Positions 1-9,827 of a stretch of DNA of 31,658 nt are shown here, piece after piece. Every line of letters starts with the position of its first letter. The stretch's first letter is position 1. The notes below the pieces were generated by a model. That model was not told the origin of the DNA, ran no database searches, and saw only the letters and a program-made list of their open reading frames with translations. Location of the stretch: positions 1 through 31,658 of IMG/VR virus record IMGVR_UViG_3300033406_000031; one strand, written 5' to 3'. Both the position numbers and the translations under genes were made by a program. Origin of the DNA: a virus. Taxonomy: Duplodnaviria > Caudoviricetes.

Positions 1-332
1 CTCCGACATAACTGAAAGGTTGTGGTACTGCCATCACCCGTTCCGAATATCTGTTTCGTGCATTGATAATCCGTAGTGTCTTGATAAAGGAAATCATCGT
101 GACTCCCATACCGGTTTAAATAGAACCCGACAATCTGCTGAATGTCATCGGTGGAAGCGGATTTATCTAGTAAATAGCTATAGGATAGGGTAAACGTCCA
201 TCGCGGGTAAGGCCGTAGAGATAATGACTTGACTATCCCTAACGCCGATTCATGTTTTAATGTGATAAACTCCGGTTTCTTTGTCCAATCCCATGCAACA
301 CCGTTGAGGGAAGGAAACACTGCATCGCTCAT
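1..332 (-). CDS. DUF2460 (TIGR02217-like) distal tail protein, runs off the window edge
   Basis: Manual translation MSDAVFPSLNGVAWDWTKKPEF...YPRWTFTLSYSYL...QQIVGFYLNRYGSHDDFLYQD...FGTGDGSTTTFQL; RBS AGGTGA; downstream of tape measure. Confidence 0.8.
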   Translation of the reverse strand, partial: MSDAVFPSLNGVAWDWTKKPEFITLKHESALGIVKSLSLRPYPRWTFTLSYSYLLDKSASTDDIQQIVGFYLNRYGSHDDFLYQDTTDYQCTKQIFGTGDGSTTTFQLCR

Positions 333-345
333 TTTATCACCTGCC

Positions 346-567
346 CTACTTTATTTCTTCCAAGATAAGACGCACTCGCTTTCCCTTATCAATTCCAATA
401 GCATCGGCAGCCTCTAAAATTGAGCCAGCAATACAATAGACACCGCTTTGAGTTACAATCTCAAGCCGTTCAAAAAAATTATTATCTGGATGTAAATTAT
501 CCAGCGATAGCGCACCTTCCAGAAAGAGGCTTTTCTCTTTACTACTTACTTTTTCTGCATCACTCAT
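346..567 (-). CDS. Hypothetical protein (73 aa)
   Basis: RBS AGGTAGGTGA; co-oriented with tail genes. Confidence 0.6.
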   Translation of the reverse strand: MSDAEKVSSKEKSLFLEGALSLDNLHPDNNFFERLEIVTQSGVYCIAGSILEAADAIGIDKGKRVRLILEEIK

Positions 568-584
568 ATATAATCACCTACCTA

Positions 585-611
585 ACAGGATTTATTTCCC
601 ATTTGTCGAAA
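585..611 (+). promoter_or_regulatory. Sigma-H-like promoter of the 638 moron
   Basis: ACAGGATTT-N11-GTCGAAA vs consensus RNAGGAWWW-N11/12-RNNGAAT. Confidence 0.55.
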
Positions 612-637
612 TTTACCACATAAAGGAGCGTGGTTAT

Positions 638-1258
638 GTGAAAAAAATCATACTTATTTTATGTTTATTGATTCTAATACCAGTTACAGCCTTAGCCGAT
701 GACTTTGACTTTAACCAGAATCATCATGGTTTTAATGTGTCTACAGAAGAAGAATATAAAGCACGCCTTACTAACTTAACTGGCAAAGATGTTTGGGCTG
801 ATCAATCTGTGGCTAAAGCCTATGACTTGAAATCACTAAAGAACTTAGAACATTTAGTTATAACAAGTATTGATATAACTTCTGGTGTTATAAAATTTAC
901 TAGAGATAATGGTGAAATCATAACTTATCAACCAATATTAATCAAATATGACAGAAATAAAGAGGACACCAATAAATATCCGTACTATATTTCATGCGAT
1001 CTTTGGTCTTGTTTCTTTCTAAAAAATCCTTATGAATTGCATCCCGACTGGTCAAGTGAAGTATGGGAAAAAATAAAAGACCAAAAAGTTTCTATCGGAA
1101 TGAGCCGAGAAATGTGTCTTTTAAGCTGGGGAACCCCACACCATGATTATCATAAAACTATCGATATTGCTGGAGTACACGAAGTCTGGTCATATTCAGA
1201 GGCACAACAACTATTTTTTACCAATGGATTATTAACTAGAATCGATGATTCATATTAA
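638..1258 (+). CDS. Secreted moron protein with C-terminal SmpA/OmlA-like IGMSxxxxxxSWGxP domain
   Basis: Signal peptide MKKIILILCLLILIPVTALA; AT-rich; opposite strand inside the tail operon; own promoter, RBS and terminator. Confidence 0.8.
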   Translation: MKKIILILCLLILIPVTALADDFDFNQNHHGFNVSTEEEYKARLTNLTGKDVWADQSVAKAYDLKSLKNLEHLVITSIDITSGVIKFTRDNGEIITYQPILIKYDRNKEDTNKYPYYISCDLWSCFFLKNPYELHPDWSSEVWEKIKDQKVSIGMSREMCLLSWGTPHHDYHKTIDIAGVHEVWSYSEAQQLFFTNGLLTRIDDSY

Positions 1259-1260
1259 TG

Positions 1261-1288
1261 AAAAGCCGCCATTAGGCGGCTTCTTCTT
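1261..1288. terminator. Bidirectional intrinsic terminator
   Basis: AAAAGCCGCC-ATTA-GGCGGCTTCTTCTT between convergent genes. Confidence 0.8.
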
Positions 1289-4200
1289 ATGTCAATCCCC
1301 ATCGTGTGGCGTTTTGCTTAGCCATGCTGCGCTGTACTCTATACAAACTTTGCGTAACTTGCCGGCTGTTATCCTTCAACACGCGGCCAACTCCCTTTGC
1401 ATCCATGGCCGAAACATTATACGTTGGTGAATGATTAACCTGAGCACTGCTACCGCCACTCGTACCGTTTGAGCCACCGGCCATCATACCCCTGACCGTA
1501 TCTGCAAAGCCACCTTTAGCCGGAACAATCATTTCGCCTTTATGCACCTTAGCCACAGTATCCGATGGCAGAGACCAACTGCCCACATCGTAAGACGGCA
1601 AACCGCTTACCGAATTAGATTGATAATATGTACCGCTTGCCCTTGTGGTTGTGGAGCTACTTGAGGAGCTGCCGCTTCCTAAAAGGGAAGAAATAAGATA
1701 GACAACGGCCATCATTTCAAGCATTTGTGCTATCTCTGTTCCTATGTCGGCAACAGCGGCTGTGCTTGTACTAGCATCATTGGCCTTTTCCTTGGCGTTC
1801 TTGTCTTTATTTATCGCTATCAATTGAGCTGCTTTAGCTTGTTCTTTTGCAACTTCCGCCGCGTCTGTAGCTGTTTTATTTGCCAATACTGCTGCGTCAC
1901 CTGTAGTTTCAGCGGTTTTTACTTTCGCTTTGTGAGTTGTCAATTGTTTATACATTTGACTTAAACTATCGGTCCATTTTTTAGCTAATTCACTGGTCCA
2001 TTGCTGAGATAGTGATTTAACCATAGAATTAAAAATGTTTTTCATAGCCTGAGAAAATGAAGTGGTTCGCTGTAGTATTCCATCCAACCCTTTAGCCATA
2101 CTGGATTCCATAGAGTCAAACGCCAGTTTTACATAGCGGTTAGTATATTGATAATCTTCTTGCCCAAATCCTTTAACAGCTTCTGAGTATTTCTTCCATG
2201 AAGCAATTCCCTTTTCGGCTGTTTTGGTTATATCTACACCTTTTTTGGCATTAGCTTGCATTTCACTAAGCAAACTTTGTTGCTCCATTTCATCAGTAGA
2301 TGCTAAAAATTTTTGGTACAGCTTAATTTGCGTTTCAAATTTTTCGGGATCGGCAGTGTCATGTTTTATCTGTTTTACCGTTTCGTCTTGCTCATTATCA
2401 TAGGTCGTTTTAGCCTCATTTTTTTTATAATCGTGAAGCTGTCGCTCCGTCATCTGCCGATTGGTAACGGCGTTCTTCATATCTATATCTTTCATTGATT
2501 GGCGAACAGAAGCCATTCCTTTGATTAAGTCTAACTGCTCTTTGAGTTGGTCTTTATATTTTTTGTTGAGCGTGGTTTCATCTTCTATAGTTTTGGTGCG
2601 AAGCTTCATTTGATCAACAGAGCCAGCTAGTGCATTATTTATTTTTAGGAAATCATTATAAATTTTCTGTTCGTCAGCAGTAAGAGGTTTGCCAGCAGCG
2701 ATTTTATCGTTGATTGTTTTCTCGATTTTTTCTTTATCCGCTTCTGCTATTTTAGTAAGCGCAAGCTCACGATCTAACTTGGCTTCTGTTAACGCAATCT
2801 CATCGTCATTCATTTTCTTTTTACGTTCGTACTCGCCTTTTTGAAAATCAAGCGTTTCTTGATGATGAGCATTGTCAAGCTTTGTTACATCTTTGAGATA
2901 ATATTCATAGAGGTAAAGATCATCATTGTCTGTCCATTTTTTCCCCTCAACCGCCTCGGTTTCATACTTTGCCTTTGCAACTGCGGTTTCGTATTCTTTC
3001 TTTTTACGCTGATACTCGGTTTCTTCTTGACCGCCTTTTTTATCCTTGCTTTTTTTGTTTGAGTCGCCAACGCCACTCCAGTCAACGCCGCTGGGACCGC
3101 CAGCAATTGAGGATGATGTATACCTTGGATCTACCGGAGCGTTATTGGTGTCTTGCATTCTCCTAAAATCCGCCATACTGTGGCCTGGGGTATTTGCCGG
3201 CTCTAAATTAATAGTTAGGTTTTTTCGCATGGTGTCGCCGATATTAGCGGTTTTCTCTGCTAAGCTATTACCCAAACTAGTAATTTTGCTAAAAAGGTTA
3301 TTTCCCCAGGAAGGAATGAAGCTGCTTACAAAGTTACTCAATATTTCTTTTGCCTTTTCAATCCCCTTACTAACGGCCTCAGCGAATTCATTCCACTTTT
3401 TTTCTGCTGCTGCTAACAAGCTTTTGATTCCTTCGATAACCCAATTAACAGTATCACATAGCCCTTTCCATAAGGATTTTAAGAAACCTATGATGTTATC
3501 CCAATTTGAATATACAACATAGATTGCAGCACCTAAGCCAGGAAAGAGGGCCAAAATTGTCCCAATGTGGTCACTAATAAAATTAACTAAGCTGTTCCAC
3601 ATGCTAATACAGAAGTTTTTGAACGCCTCCCAATGGGTAATTACCTCATAAACAATCACTGCGAGTGCTGCTATCGCCAGCGATATAGCAAGAATAATAG
3701 GGTTTATGTTCATAGCTACTGCCAAGGCTCTAAATGCCGCAGTTAACCCCTCCGTTGCCAGCGTGGTTGCAACCGCAGCTATTTGCGCCGCAATATTAGC
3801 CGCATTAAAGGCCCATGTCCCCTCCGCAGCGAGAGCTACTGCCCCTGTTTGTAACGAAAAGGCTATTGTCTGCAACCCTGTAGCAATGGCCGAGCCTAAA
3901 GCCGCAGTTTTAACAGCGACATAACCAACAGCAATACCAAAAAGCAACGGTCTAAGCTCCTCCACTGCCTGCGCAACACCACGAACAACGGTTGTTGCGG
4001 ACCGCATTGCCACAACGAAACCATCTACCAAAGCAGGGGAAAACATCGTTTTGAATCCCGCCGCCAAACCGCCTGTTTTCATAGCCGCCTGGAAATTTTC
4101 TATGCCTTGTGTGACTCTAGGCAATACTTCTTGAGCTAATTTATCAAATAAAGGCTGCACAATATCGCCGATAATAAATTGCGCATTATCTTTGATCGTT

Positions 4201-5042
4201 GACATTAAGCCTTGGAATGTTGTGGATTGCTTCTGCATCATATTGGGGAAACGTTCTTCCATCCCTTGAACTAACGCCTGTATGGCTTTATCAGCCGGAA
4301 TGACACCCTTTTCAGAGAGTTTCATAACCTCTGCCGTAGACTTACCCATAGACTGAGCTAATATATCCCAAGCAGGAATACCGGCTTCTGTGAGCTGAAG
4401 CATTTCATCCCCGGATACTTTTGTCTTGGCTCTCATTTGCCCCAATGCTAAAATAATCCGTTCGACGCCTTCTTTCCCACTCATTCCTAAGCCGCTTGCT
4501 GCATCTCCGACAGATTTTAACGTAGGTAAAATATCTTTAGCCGAAAAACCAAAAGCCAACATTCGCTTCGCCGCATTTTGCAAGTCTGGAAATTCAAAAG
4601 GGGTATCAGCCGCGAATTTTTTCAGCGAACTAATCATCTTTTCTGCCTCTTCCGCACTCCCGAGCAACGTTTGAAAGCTGATTGTCGCCTGCTGAATATT
4701 ACTATCAAAGCTTAACCCTTCTTTTACTGCAGTTACTACCGCGCCAAATCCTATAAAGCCACTTACTAAAGAAGTAAGATGCGAACGCAACCCGCTAAAG
4801 GCTGAGCCAATATTATTAACGGAGGAAGGCACAGAGTCCAGACTTGATTTCATTTTGTTCGTTGCCGAGCTGGATTCTTCAGCGGCTCTAGACATAGAAC
4901 TGCTGATGCTGGACGACATCTGACTGAACATACTGTTCATCTGACCAATAGAGCTAGTAAGCTGACTGATTGCAGCTTGCATACCTTGATTAAACTCTTC
5001 CGCTGAAGCACTTATTTTTACTTGAACTTTATCATCTGCCAT
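1287..5042 (-). CDS. Tail tape measure protein
   Basis: Tape_meas_1-like region (FAADTPFE..LGQMRAKTKVSGDEMLQLTEAGIP), TM segments, C-terminal FDVGSW..DT.AKVHKGEMIVP-like motif; start MADDK with RBS GGAGG. Confidence 0.95.
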   Translation of the reverse strand: MADDKVQVKISASAEEFNQGMQAAISQLTSSIGQMNSMFSQMSSSISSSMSRAAEESSSATNKMKSSLDSVPSSVNNIGSAFSGLRSHLTSLVSGFIGFGAVVTAVKEGLSFDSNIQQATISFQTLLGSAEEAEKMISSLKKFAADTPFEFPDLQNAAKRMLAFGFSAKDILPTLKSVGDAASGLGMSGKEGVERIILALGQMRAKTKVSGDEMLQLTEAGIPAWDILAQSMGKSTAEVMKLSEKGVIPADKAIQALVQGMEERFPNMMQKQSTTFQGLMSTIKDNAQFIIGDIVQPLFDKLAQEVLPRVTQGIENFQAAMKTGGLAAGFKTMFSPALVDGFVVAMRSATTVVRGVAQAVEELRPLLFGIAVGYVAVKTAALGSAIATGLQTIAFSLQTGAVALAAEGTWAFNAANIAAQIAAVATTLATEGLTAAFRALAVAMNINPIILAISLAIAALAVIVYEVITHWEAFKNFCISMWNSLVNFISDHIGTILALFPGLGAAIYVVYSNWDNIIGFLKSLWKGLCDTVNWVIEGIKSLLAAAEKKWNEFAEAVSKGIEKAKEILSNFVSSFIPSWGNNLFSKITSLGNSLAEKTANIGDTMRKNLTINLEPANTPGHSMADFRRMQDTNNAPVDPRYTSSSIAGGPSGVDWSGVGDSNKKSKDKKGGQEETEYQRKKKEYETAVAKAKYETEAVEGKKWTDNDDLYLYEYYLKDVTKLDNAHHQETLDFQKGEYERKKKMNDDEIALTEAKLDRELALTKIAEADKEKIEKTINDKIAAGKPLTADEQKIYNDFLKINNALAGSVDQMKLRTKTIEDETTLNKKYKDQLKEQLDLIKGMASVRQSMKDIDMKNAVTNRQMTERQLHDYKKNEAKTTYDNEQDETVKQIKHDTADPEKFETQIKLYQKFLASTDEMEQQSLLSEMQANAKKGVDITKTAEKGIASWKKYSEAVKGFGQEDYQYTNRYVKLAFDSMESSMAKGLDGILQRTTSFSQAMKNIFNSMVKSLSQQWTSELAKKWTDSLSQMYKQLTTHKAKVKTAETTGDAAVLANKTATDAAEVAKEQAKAAQLIAINKDKNAKEKANDASTSTAAVADIGTEIAQMLEMMAVVYLISSLLGSGSSSSSSTTTRASGTYYQSNSVSGLPSYDVGSWSLPSDTVAKVHKGEMIVPAKGGFADTVRGMMAGGSNGTSGGSSAQVNHSPTYNVSAMDAKGVGRVLKDNSRQVTQSLYRVQRSMAKQNATRWGLT

Positions 5043-5046
5043 GTTC

Positions 5047-5334
5047 TCACCGTCCTCCCGCCGCCGAAAAATCACTCATCAAATCGTCAAGGCTATTGGA
5101 TTCCTCGGGCGTTTCCTTAACATCGTCTTTTACTTCACACCCAAACCCTTGTATTAGCCCCTTAAGCAAAACATGTGTAGGCGGCTGATGTTGCCAATAG
5201 CCCAGGAGCCGCCTATACCTTGGAAATGTCATTGTGTTTCTCACATAATCATAGGTCCAGCCCGTAGCCGTAACGATAAAGCCGTAGATATCATTCCACG
5301 GTATTTCCGTTAAACTACAGGCGTCTGTTCCCCC
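5047..5334 (-). CDS. Tail assembly chaperone gpT-like segment (probably made by -1 frameshift)
   Basis: Frame open from the GGGGGAA sites: ..EIPWNDIYGFIVTATGWTYDYVRNTMTFPR..; position between gpG and tape measure. Confidence 0.75.
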   Translation of the reverse strand, partial: GGTDACSLTEIPWNDIYGFIVTATGWTYDYVRNTMTFPRYRRLLGYWQHQPPTHVLLKGLIQGFGCEVKDDVKETPEESNSLDDLMSDFSAAGGR

Positions 5335-5642
5335 GCACCTTCCCCCAGTACGAAACCTGAAGCACCCATGATAGCTGCCATGATTGTTTTCATGTTTCGC
5401 ATATCAATCATGTTTTTTACTTCATCAATCGTAATTTCGGGATAATTACGGCTAATGGCCGCATGGAAAATTTTTATTGTGTCCTGTATAACCTCTTTAG
5501 TCATAGTCTGGCCGGCTGCTTGGGTACTTCTCTCCAGTTCCGGCGCCAGGTTCTCAAGCTGTCCAAAGGAAAGAGCAGGGATAACATACTCCCTGCCTCT
5601 AATTTTTAGTGCAACACCTTCGTATTGTTCCTGTTTATTCAT
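5310..5642 (-). CDS. Tail assembly chaperone gpG-like
   Basis: Between tail tube and tape measure; ends in slippery GGGGGAA heptamers. Confidence 0.8.
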   Translation of the reverse strand: MNKQEQYEGVALKIRGREYVIPALSFGQLENLAPELERSTQAAGQTMTKEVIQDTIKIFHAAISRNYPEITIDEVKNMIDMRNMKTIMAAIMGASGFVLGEGAGEQTPVV

Positions 5643-5663
5643 CTTATCTACTCCTCATCCTTA

Positions 5664-6404
5664 TTACTCAACCGTACTCAGATATCCAAGAATCCCCGCT
5701 GAGTCACACGTTGCTACAAAATCCAGTTCTGGAACGGTAAAGTCCTCGACCTTAGTCGAAATCAACGACAACTTATTAGACACACAGGCATTCAAGATCA
5801 TGGTCACCTGTTTGCTATTGAATTTGCCGTTAAAAATCCCCGTCCAGTTTGTAGCTGTACCTGTCGCCGCGTTTTTCAGCGTGATGGTATTGCCGGAACT
5901 AGACGAGGTATAGATATACGAAATATATACCGAAGCCCCTGCATCGCCGGAATAAAAGGTATACACCCCATTAGCGCAGGTATATTGCCCTGCCGCCGTC
6001 AGTGTTGTTACCCTAGTTAGAGGCAGCCCAGTCGCTGAATAAATTACCCCCAAATCCCTATCAAAGGTTGTGCTATTAGCCACTGTCACCGTATATTCAC
6101 TCGCAGACGGAACCGTCCCGGATTCGTTTTGACTTACTAAATACATACTGTTAGTAGTCAGTGTTTGATTGAAAAAAAGCTTATTATATGCGTAAGCATT
6201 AATTTTTCCGAATTTCGCTTTCCCGGTAACCTTCATTTGCCCCTGCGCCGCTACATCAGAAAATTTGTTCTGTCCAAATAATTCTTTGATTGTGCTGGAA
6301 AAGTCTATTGTAACTTCCTGCAAAGTCCCGAACTGGACCGGCGTCGGCATTGTGTCTGTCGTTATCCCGTATAAACTACCTGAACCAAAATGATATTGTC
6401 CCAC
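5664..6404 (-). CDS. Major tail tube protein
   Basis: FGSGSLYG..P.QFGTLQEVTIDFS...KVTGKAK; synteny. Confidence 0.8.
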   Translation of the reverse strand: MGQYHFGSGSLYGITTDTMPTPVQFGTLQEVTIDFSSTIKELFGQNKFSDVAAQGQMKVTGKAKFGKINAYAYNKLFFNQTLTTNSMYLVSQNESGTVPSASEYTVTVANSTTFDRDLGVIYSATGLPLTRVTTLTAAGQYTCANGVYTFYSGDAGASVYISYIYTSSSSGNTITLKNAATGTATNWTGIFNGKFNSKQVTMILNACVSNKLSLISTKVEDFTVPELDFVATCDSAGILGYLSTVE

Positions 6405-6574
6405 TATTCATTCCCTCCTTCTTTCTCTTCAGGTAACAGCTCCATAAGAGCCGCTTTTAAATCGCCTAAAGCCGCCTGCAAGTGGTTATAGGCCTCCACA
6501 TTTTGAGACAGCGGCGAATTATGGATTTTGGTATGAAACCAGTTATCGATTGCCGCTTGAATTTTTTCCTCCAT
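6404..6574 (-). CDS. Small tail-region protein (56 aa, missed by ORF track)
   Basis: MEEKIQAAIDNWFHTKIHNSPLSQNVEAYNHLQAALGDLK..; RBS GGAGG; fills the gap exactly. Confidence 0.75.
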   Translation of the reverse strand: MEEKIQAAIDNWFHTKIHNSPLSQNVEAYNHLQAALGDLKAALMELLPEEKEGGNE

Positions 6575-6575
6575 G

Positions 6576-7010
6576 TCACCCTCCGTTTATTACCTCAATC
6601 TTAATAGGCACCACAGCCATACATTGATTGCCTTGCAGCCCCTCATATATTTCGACTGTGCCGTCAATATTGCAATTAAAAACCAGACCCCCGAGAGTCT
6701 GGTATCCTGTAACAATGTCCTGCTTCAAAGCGGTTTCCACAGCGTCGAGAATGGCATTTAATTGAGTACTGGTGGCAATGCTCGAATCATCCTCAGCATT
6801 GCAGTAGATGTACCACTCCGCATTCATTACCCAACTCGTAGGCAGCGCGGTGCGGGAATTGGCTGCTTCATTGACCTGCCGCTGAAAAATGGCCGGCTGC
6901 TCAAAAGCGGGTACATCGGCCCAATGTTTTAAATTGCGTCCTGTTGTGACAATGCCCGATATTCCTTGGACAAGCTCAAATAGAGCCGCATAAATTGGCT
7001 CCCGGTTCAT
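6576..7010 (-). CDS. Tail terminator/completion protein
   Basis: Synteny; QTLGGLV motif. Confidence 0.7.
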   Translation of the reverse strand: MNREPIYAALFELVQGISGIVTTGRNLKHWADVPAFEQPAIFQRQVNEAANSRTALPTSWVMNAEWYIYCNAEDDSSIATSTQLNAILDAVETALKQDIVTGYQTLGGLVFNCNIDGTVEIYEGLQGNQCMAVVPIKIEVINGG

Positions 7011-7498
7011 GCCTGTAATCCCTCCTGTACACCCAGCCGGATCTGTTCGCGAATCATTTCGGCGTCCTCTTTCAGCGTAGAGCGTAGGAAAGAGCGTTCA
7101 GGGTAATTGACATTGCGGGTATAGGCTCGGACCATAATTGTTTTTTCACCGCCCCTAAGTGCTTTACCAAAAACCTTAGTGATTCGGCGAGCATGGGCTT
7201 TCACATTTTCGGGACCCTGATAGCCGTATTCATGGATCGCGGCATACTCGGAGTTAGTGCCGACCGTGGCGCTAATCTTACCATTGCTTATTATTACTGG
7301 GTTATGATGAACGCTACGTCTAAGATTTCCTGTTCTAACATGTAGAGCTTGACCACTCAGTTTATTAGCCTTAATATCAGCCTCGACCTGATTCGCCGCC
7401 GCTTCTACTCGCTTTGCGACCGCCGAAATAATTTTATCCGGCAGCGACGTCAGCTTTGCCTCTAGCTGTTCCCCACCAATAATCGTTGCCTTAATCAT
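7007..7498 (-). CDS. HK97 gp10-like neck/tail component
   Basis: VRTGNLRRS...VGTNSEYAAIHEYG...PERSFLR. Confidence 0.8.
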   Translation of the reverse strand: MIKATIIGGEQLEAKLTSLPDKIISAVAKRVEAAANQVEADIKANKLSGQALHVRTGNLRRSVHHNPVIISNGKISATVGTNSEYAAIHEYGYQGPENVKAHARRITKVFGKALRGGEKTIMVRAYTRNVNYPERSFLRSTLKEDAEMIREQIRLGVQEGLQA

Positions 7499-8055
7499 AC
7501 GATTGGCACCACTCTTTTGTAGATCGACAGTAAATCCATATGGTCCTGTGACAAATCGCGCTTTGAATAACTCACTGTCTGACCGCCCAGGTCTTTCGAA
7601 TCTTCCCCTATACGGTCCCGGCGTTTATACTTATTAGCCACAAGCTCAATAACCACTTGCTCAAGCTCCAGTGGCACCGTTGTATATCCCGCCGTATAAT
7701 CAATCGTCACATTACCAAAACCATTCGGGAAGGAATATCCTTTAACGTAAAGCATTTTATCGTCAAACCAATACCCTGGACTTATTCCCGGCTGCGTACT
7801 TGCGGGGATACTATGGCCGTTAACCGTGAGCGAAGAAACTGCAGTAACAGGAGTGTTTTTCAGCATCATCCTGCAAGAGCCGTTTCCATTTCTTTGCTCA
7901 GTATAAGAGGCGCTCAACAGATCCCGTTTTACCCATGTAACAACGAACGCGCTCGCTGCCGAAATTAATCTCGACAGGAACGCGTCACTCGTTGTATTAC
8001 TTAGGTTTAAATATTGCTTCACATTGTCCAAGGTAGTAAAATCCACGGCAGCCAT
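7495..8055 (-). CDS. Head-tail connector (gp6-like)
   Basis: TTLDNVKQYL..DAFLSRLISAAS..YTAGY..VP.ELEQ. Confidence 0.85.
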   Translation of the reverse strand: MAAVDFTTLDNVKQYLNLSNTTSDAFLSRLISAASAFVVTWVKRDLLSASYTEQRNGNGSCRMMLKNTPVTAVSSLTVNGHSIPASTQPGISPGYWFDDKMLYVKGYSFPNGFGNVTIDYTAGYTTVPLELEQVVIELVANKYKRRDRIGEDSKDLGGQTVSYSKRDLSQDHMDLLSIYKRVVPIV

Positions 8056-8058
8056 AGG

Positions 8059-8238
8059 CTATTTCCCCTTATCGTCGGCTTTTACCGTTTTCGGTTTATC
8101 AGTAACCATAAACCCATGATCCAATAGCGGCAGATAAACAGCGTCGGGAACCTCCACAACGCCGTCTTTTACTGGATATTCAACCCCGCCTACCGAACAA
8201 GCCGAGCAATCTTCTGGTGCTTTTAGAAACATATCCAT
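8059..8238 (-). CDS. Small post-capsid protein (59 aa, missed by ORF track)
   Basis: MDMFLKAPEDCSACSVGGVEYPVKDGVVEVPD..LLDHGF; RBS AAGGGG; fills the gap. Confidence 0.75.
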   Translation of the reverse strand: MDMFLKAPEDCSACSVGGVEYPVKDGVVEVPDAVYLPLLDHGFMVTDKPKTVKADDKGK

Positions 8239-8246
8239 TCCCCTTT

Positions 8247-9788
8247 CTAGCCGTTGGCAATGTTAGTGATTGCGCCAAACGCAGGCAAGAAGTAGATCGG
8301 CATAACCTCACGGGCGTACACCCCATATTCATACCGACGTGTTTTAATCGGCCACGCAATTTGGTAGTAATCTCTCAAATACCGTATTTCCGCGATATTG
8401 GTAACATTGGATAACGGATACGGAATGGTTTTCTTTCGGAACATGATCGTCCCTTTCGGCATGTAAGGATGCAGCCGGACAGGAATCAATACGCCGCCAT
8501 CCATAGCGAATTTATTGAGGTACGAACCGACAATAGCTCCAGCCGTCACGGTAACGTCGGATGCAGTTCCATTTTGCCCGTCAACATTAAACCGGAAAAG
8601 CGGAGTACCGCCGCCTGCGATAACCTTATTGGTGATGTTCTGCAGCTCTTGGCTTGATACAACGATTTCATCTGGCGACAGTTTGTAATTTTCCCAGAAA
8701 CTCAGTAAAGCCTCATCGATTTCGGTTATGCCACCTGCGCCATTTGAGGTTAAGGTTGTTCCAGTACCAGCGGTCCCAGTGGCCAGCGATTTAAAGTATG
8801 ATCCACTATCCGAATTGCATATCTGGGTAAGGTAGCCATCAAATACTTTCGAATTAGTACTCCAGTCGCTGGAATCCAGGGCAGTAGCCAACTGGGAACC
8901 AGCAGCATCCGCCGAAATAGCAACACTGTTTATAGTAGTGATAGCACCCAGTTTTTCACTGCCGGACGCTCCCCAATACCAGGCATACCCAAAGGCACCT
9001 TGTACGGCGGTAACCGAAGCCGCAATAGAGCCGCTTGTTCCCGTAGTGGTTACTGTAGCGGAAGAAGACTGAATTGCAGAGCCGCCGCCGTAGGTGTCAG
9101 TAGATCCATCGGCGTTATTTCGGCTAATTTTATTAGGAACGCCGCCAGTTATTGAAGAATTCATTAAGCCGTCATAAGTAAGGGCTACGCATATAACGGA
9201 ATAGGTACCGGCAGCAAGTGAACCGGCAGTTCCTGCGGCTAAGGATGGAGTCGGTGTAGTTCCCAGCGATACACTGGCATTACCGCCTACAATGATTTTT
9301 TCTTCTCCCATCATCATGGACTGGAGCAAGCTCCGGCTGGCCAATGCCTTAACGTCCTCAAAGTTTTCCGAGGACTCATCTGCTTCAAAATTAACGAAGT
9401 TATCCAGACCAATACTAGCATAGGTAGCCAAGTAGTCTTTTTCCGTAATGCTCATGAACGCATTTCTTTGCCCTTCGGAAATACCCAGGGCCAAGTTAGC
9501 CACATTAACACCCGTTACCGCTTTCCAATGGGTGGCTGTACCGCCATTTCCCTTTACCCGCGGTAATTCATTACGAAATGGACTAAGCACCGGATACAAT
9601 AGCTTTGCACCCGCTTGCAGATCGTAATAGTTTAGCCCTGTACCAGTTGTAATACCTTGCGTGGTATTCGCTTTCTCAATACGGTTTTGCTTCTCGGTAA
9701 TCAAGGCTTTAAAAAGCTGGTTGACTTGTTTTTCCCGGCTTCTGTTCATACCAAACAAGCCGTTATGTTGAATTACATTTACATTCAC
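8247..9788 (-). CDS. Major capsid protein
   Basis: Follows protease/scaffold; YDLQAGAKLLYPVLSPFRNELPRV; C-terminal YEYGVY..P..FG.ITNI. Confidence 0.85.
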   Translation of the reverse strand: MNVNVIQHNGLFGMNRSREKQVNQLFKALITEKQNRIEKANTTQGITTGTGLNYYDLQAGAKLLYPVLSPFRNELPRVKGNGGTATHWKAVTGVNVANLALGISEGQRNAFMSITEKDYLATYASIGLDNFVNFEADESSENFEDVKALASRSLLQSMMMGEEKIIVGGNASVSLGTTPTPSLAAGTAGSLAAGTYSVICVALTYDGLMNSSITGGVPNKISRNNADGSTDTYGGGSAIQSSSATVTTTGTSGSIAASVTAVQGAFGYAWYWGASGSEKLGAITTINSVAISADAAGSQLATALDSSDWSTNSKVFDGYLTQICNSDSGSYFKSLATGTAGTGTTLTSNGAGGITEIDEALLSFWENYKLSPDEIVVSSQELQNITNKVIAGGGTPLFRFNVDGQNGTASDVTVTAGAIVGSYLNKFAMDGGVLIPVRLHPYMPKGTIMFRKKTIPYPLSNVTNIAEIRYLRDYYQIAWPIKTRRYEYGVYAREVMPIYFLPAFGAITNIANG

Positions 9789-9827
9789 TTATTTTTACCC
9801 CCTGTTAATAAAATTAATAGCGCTCAC

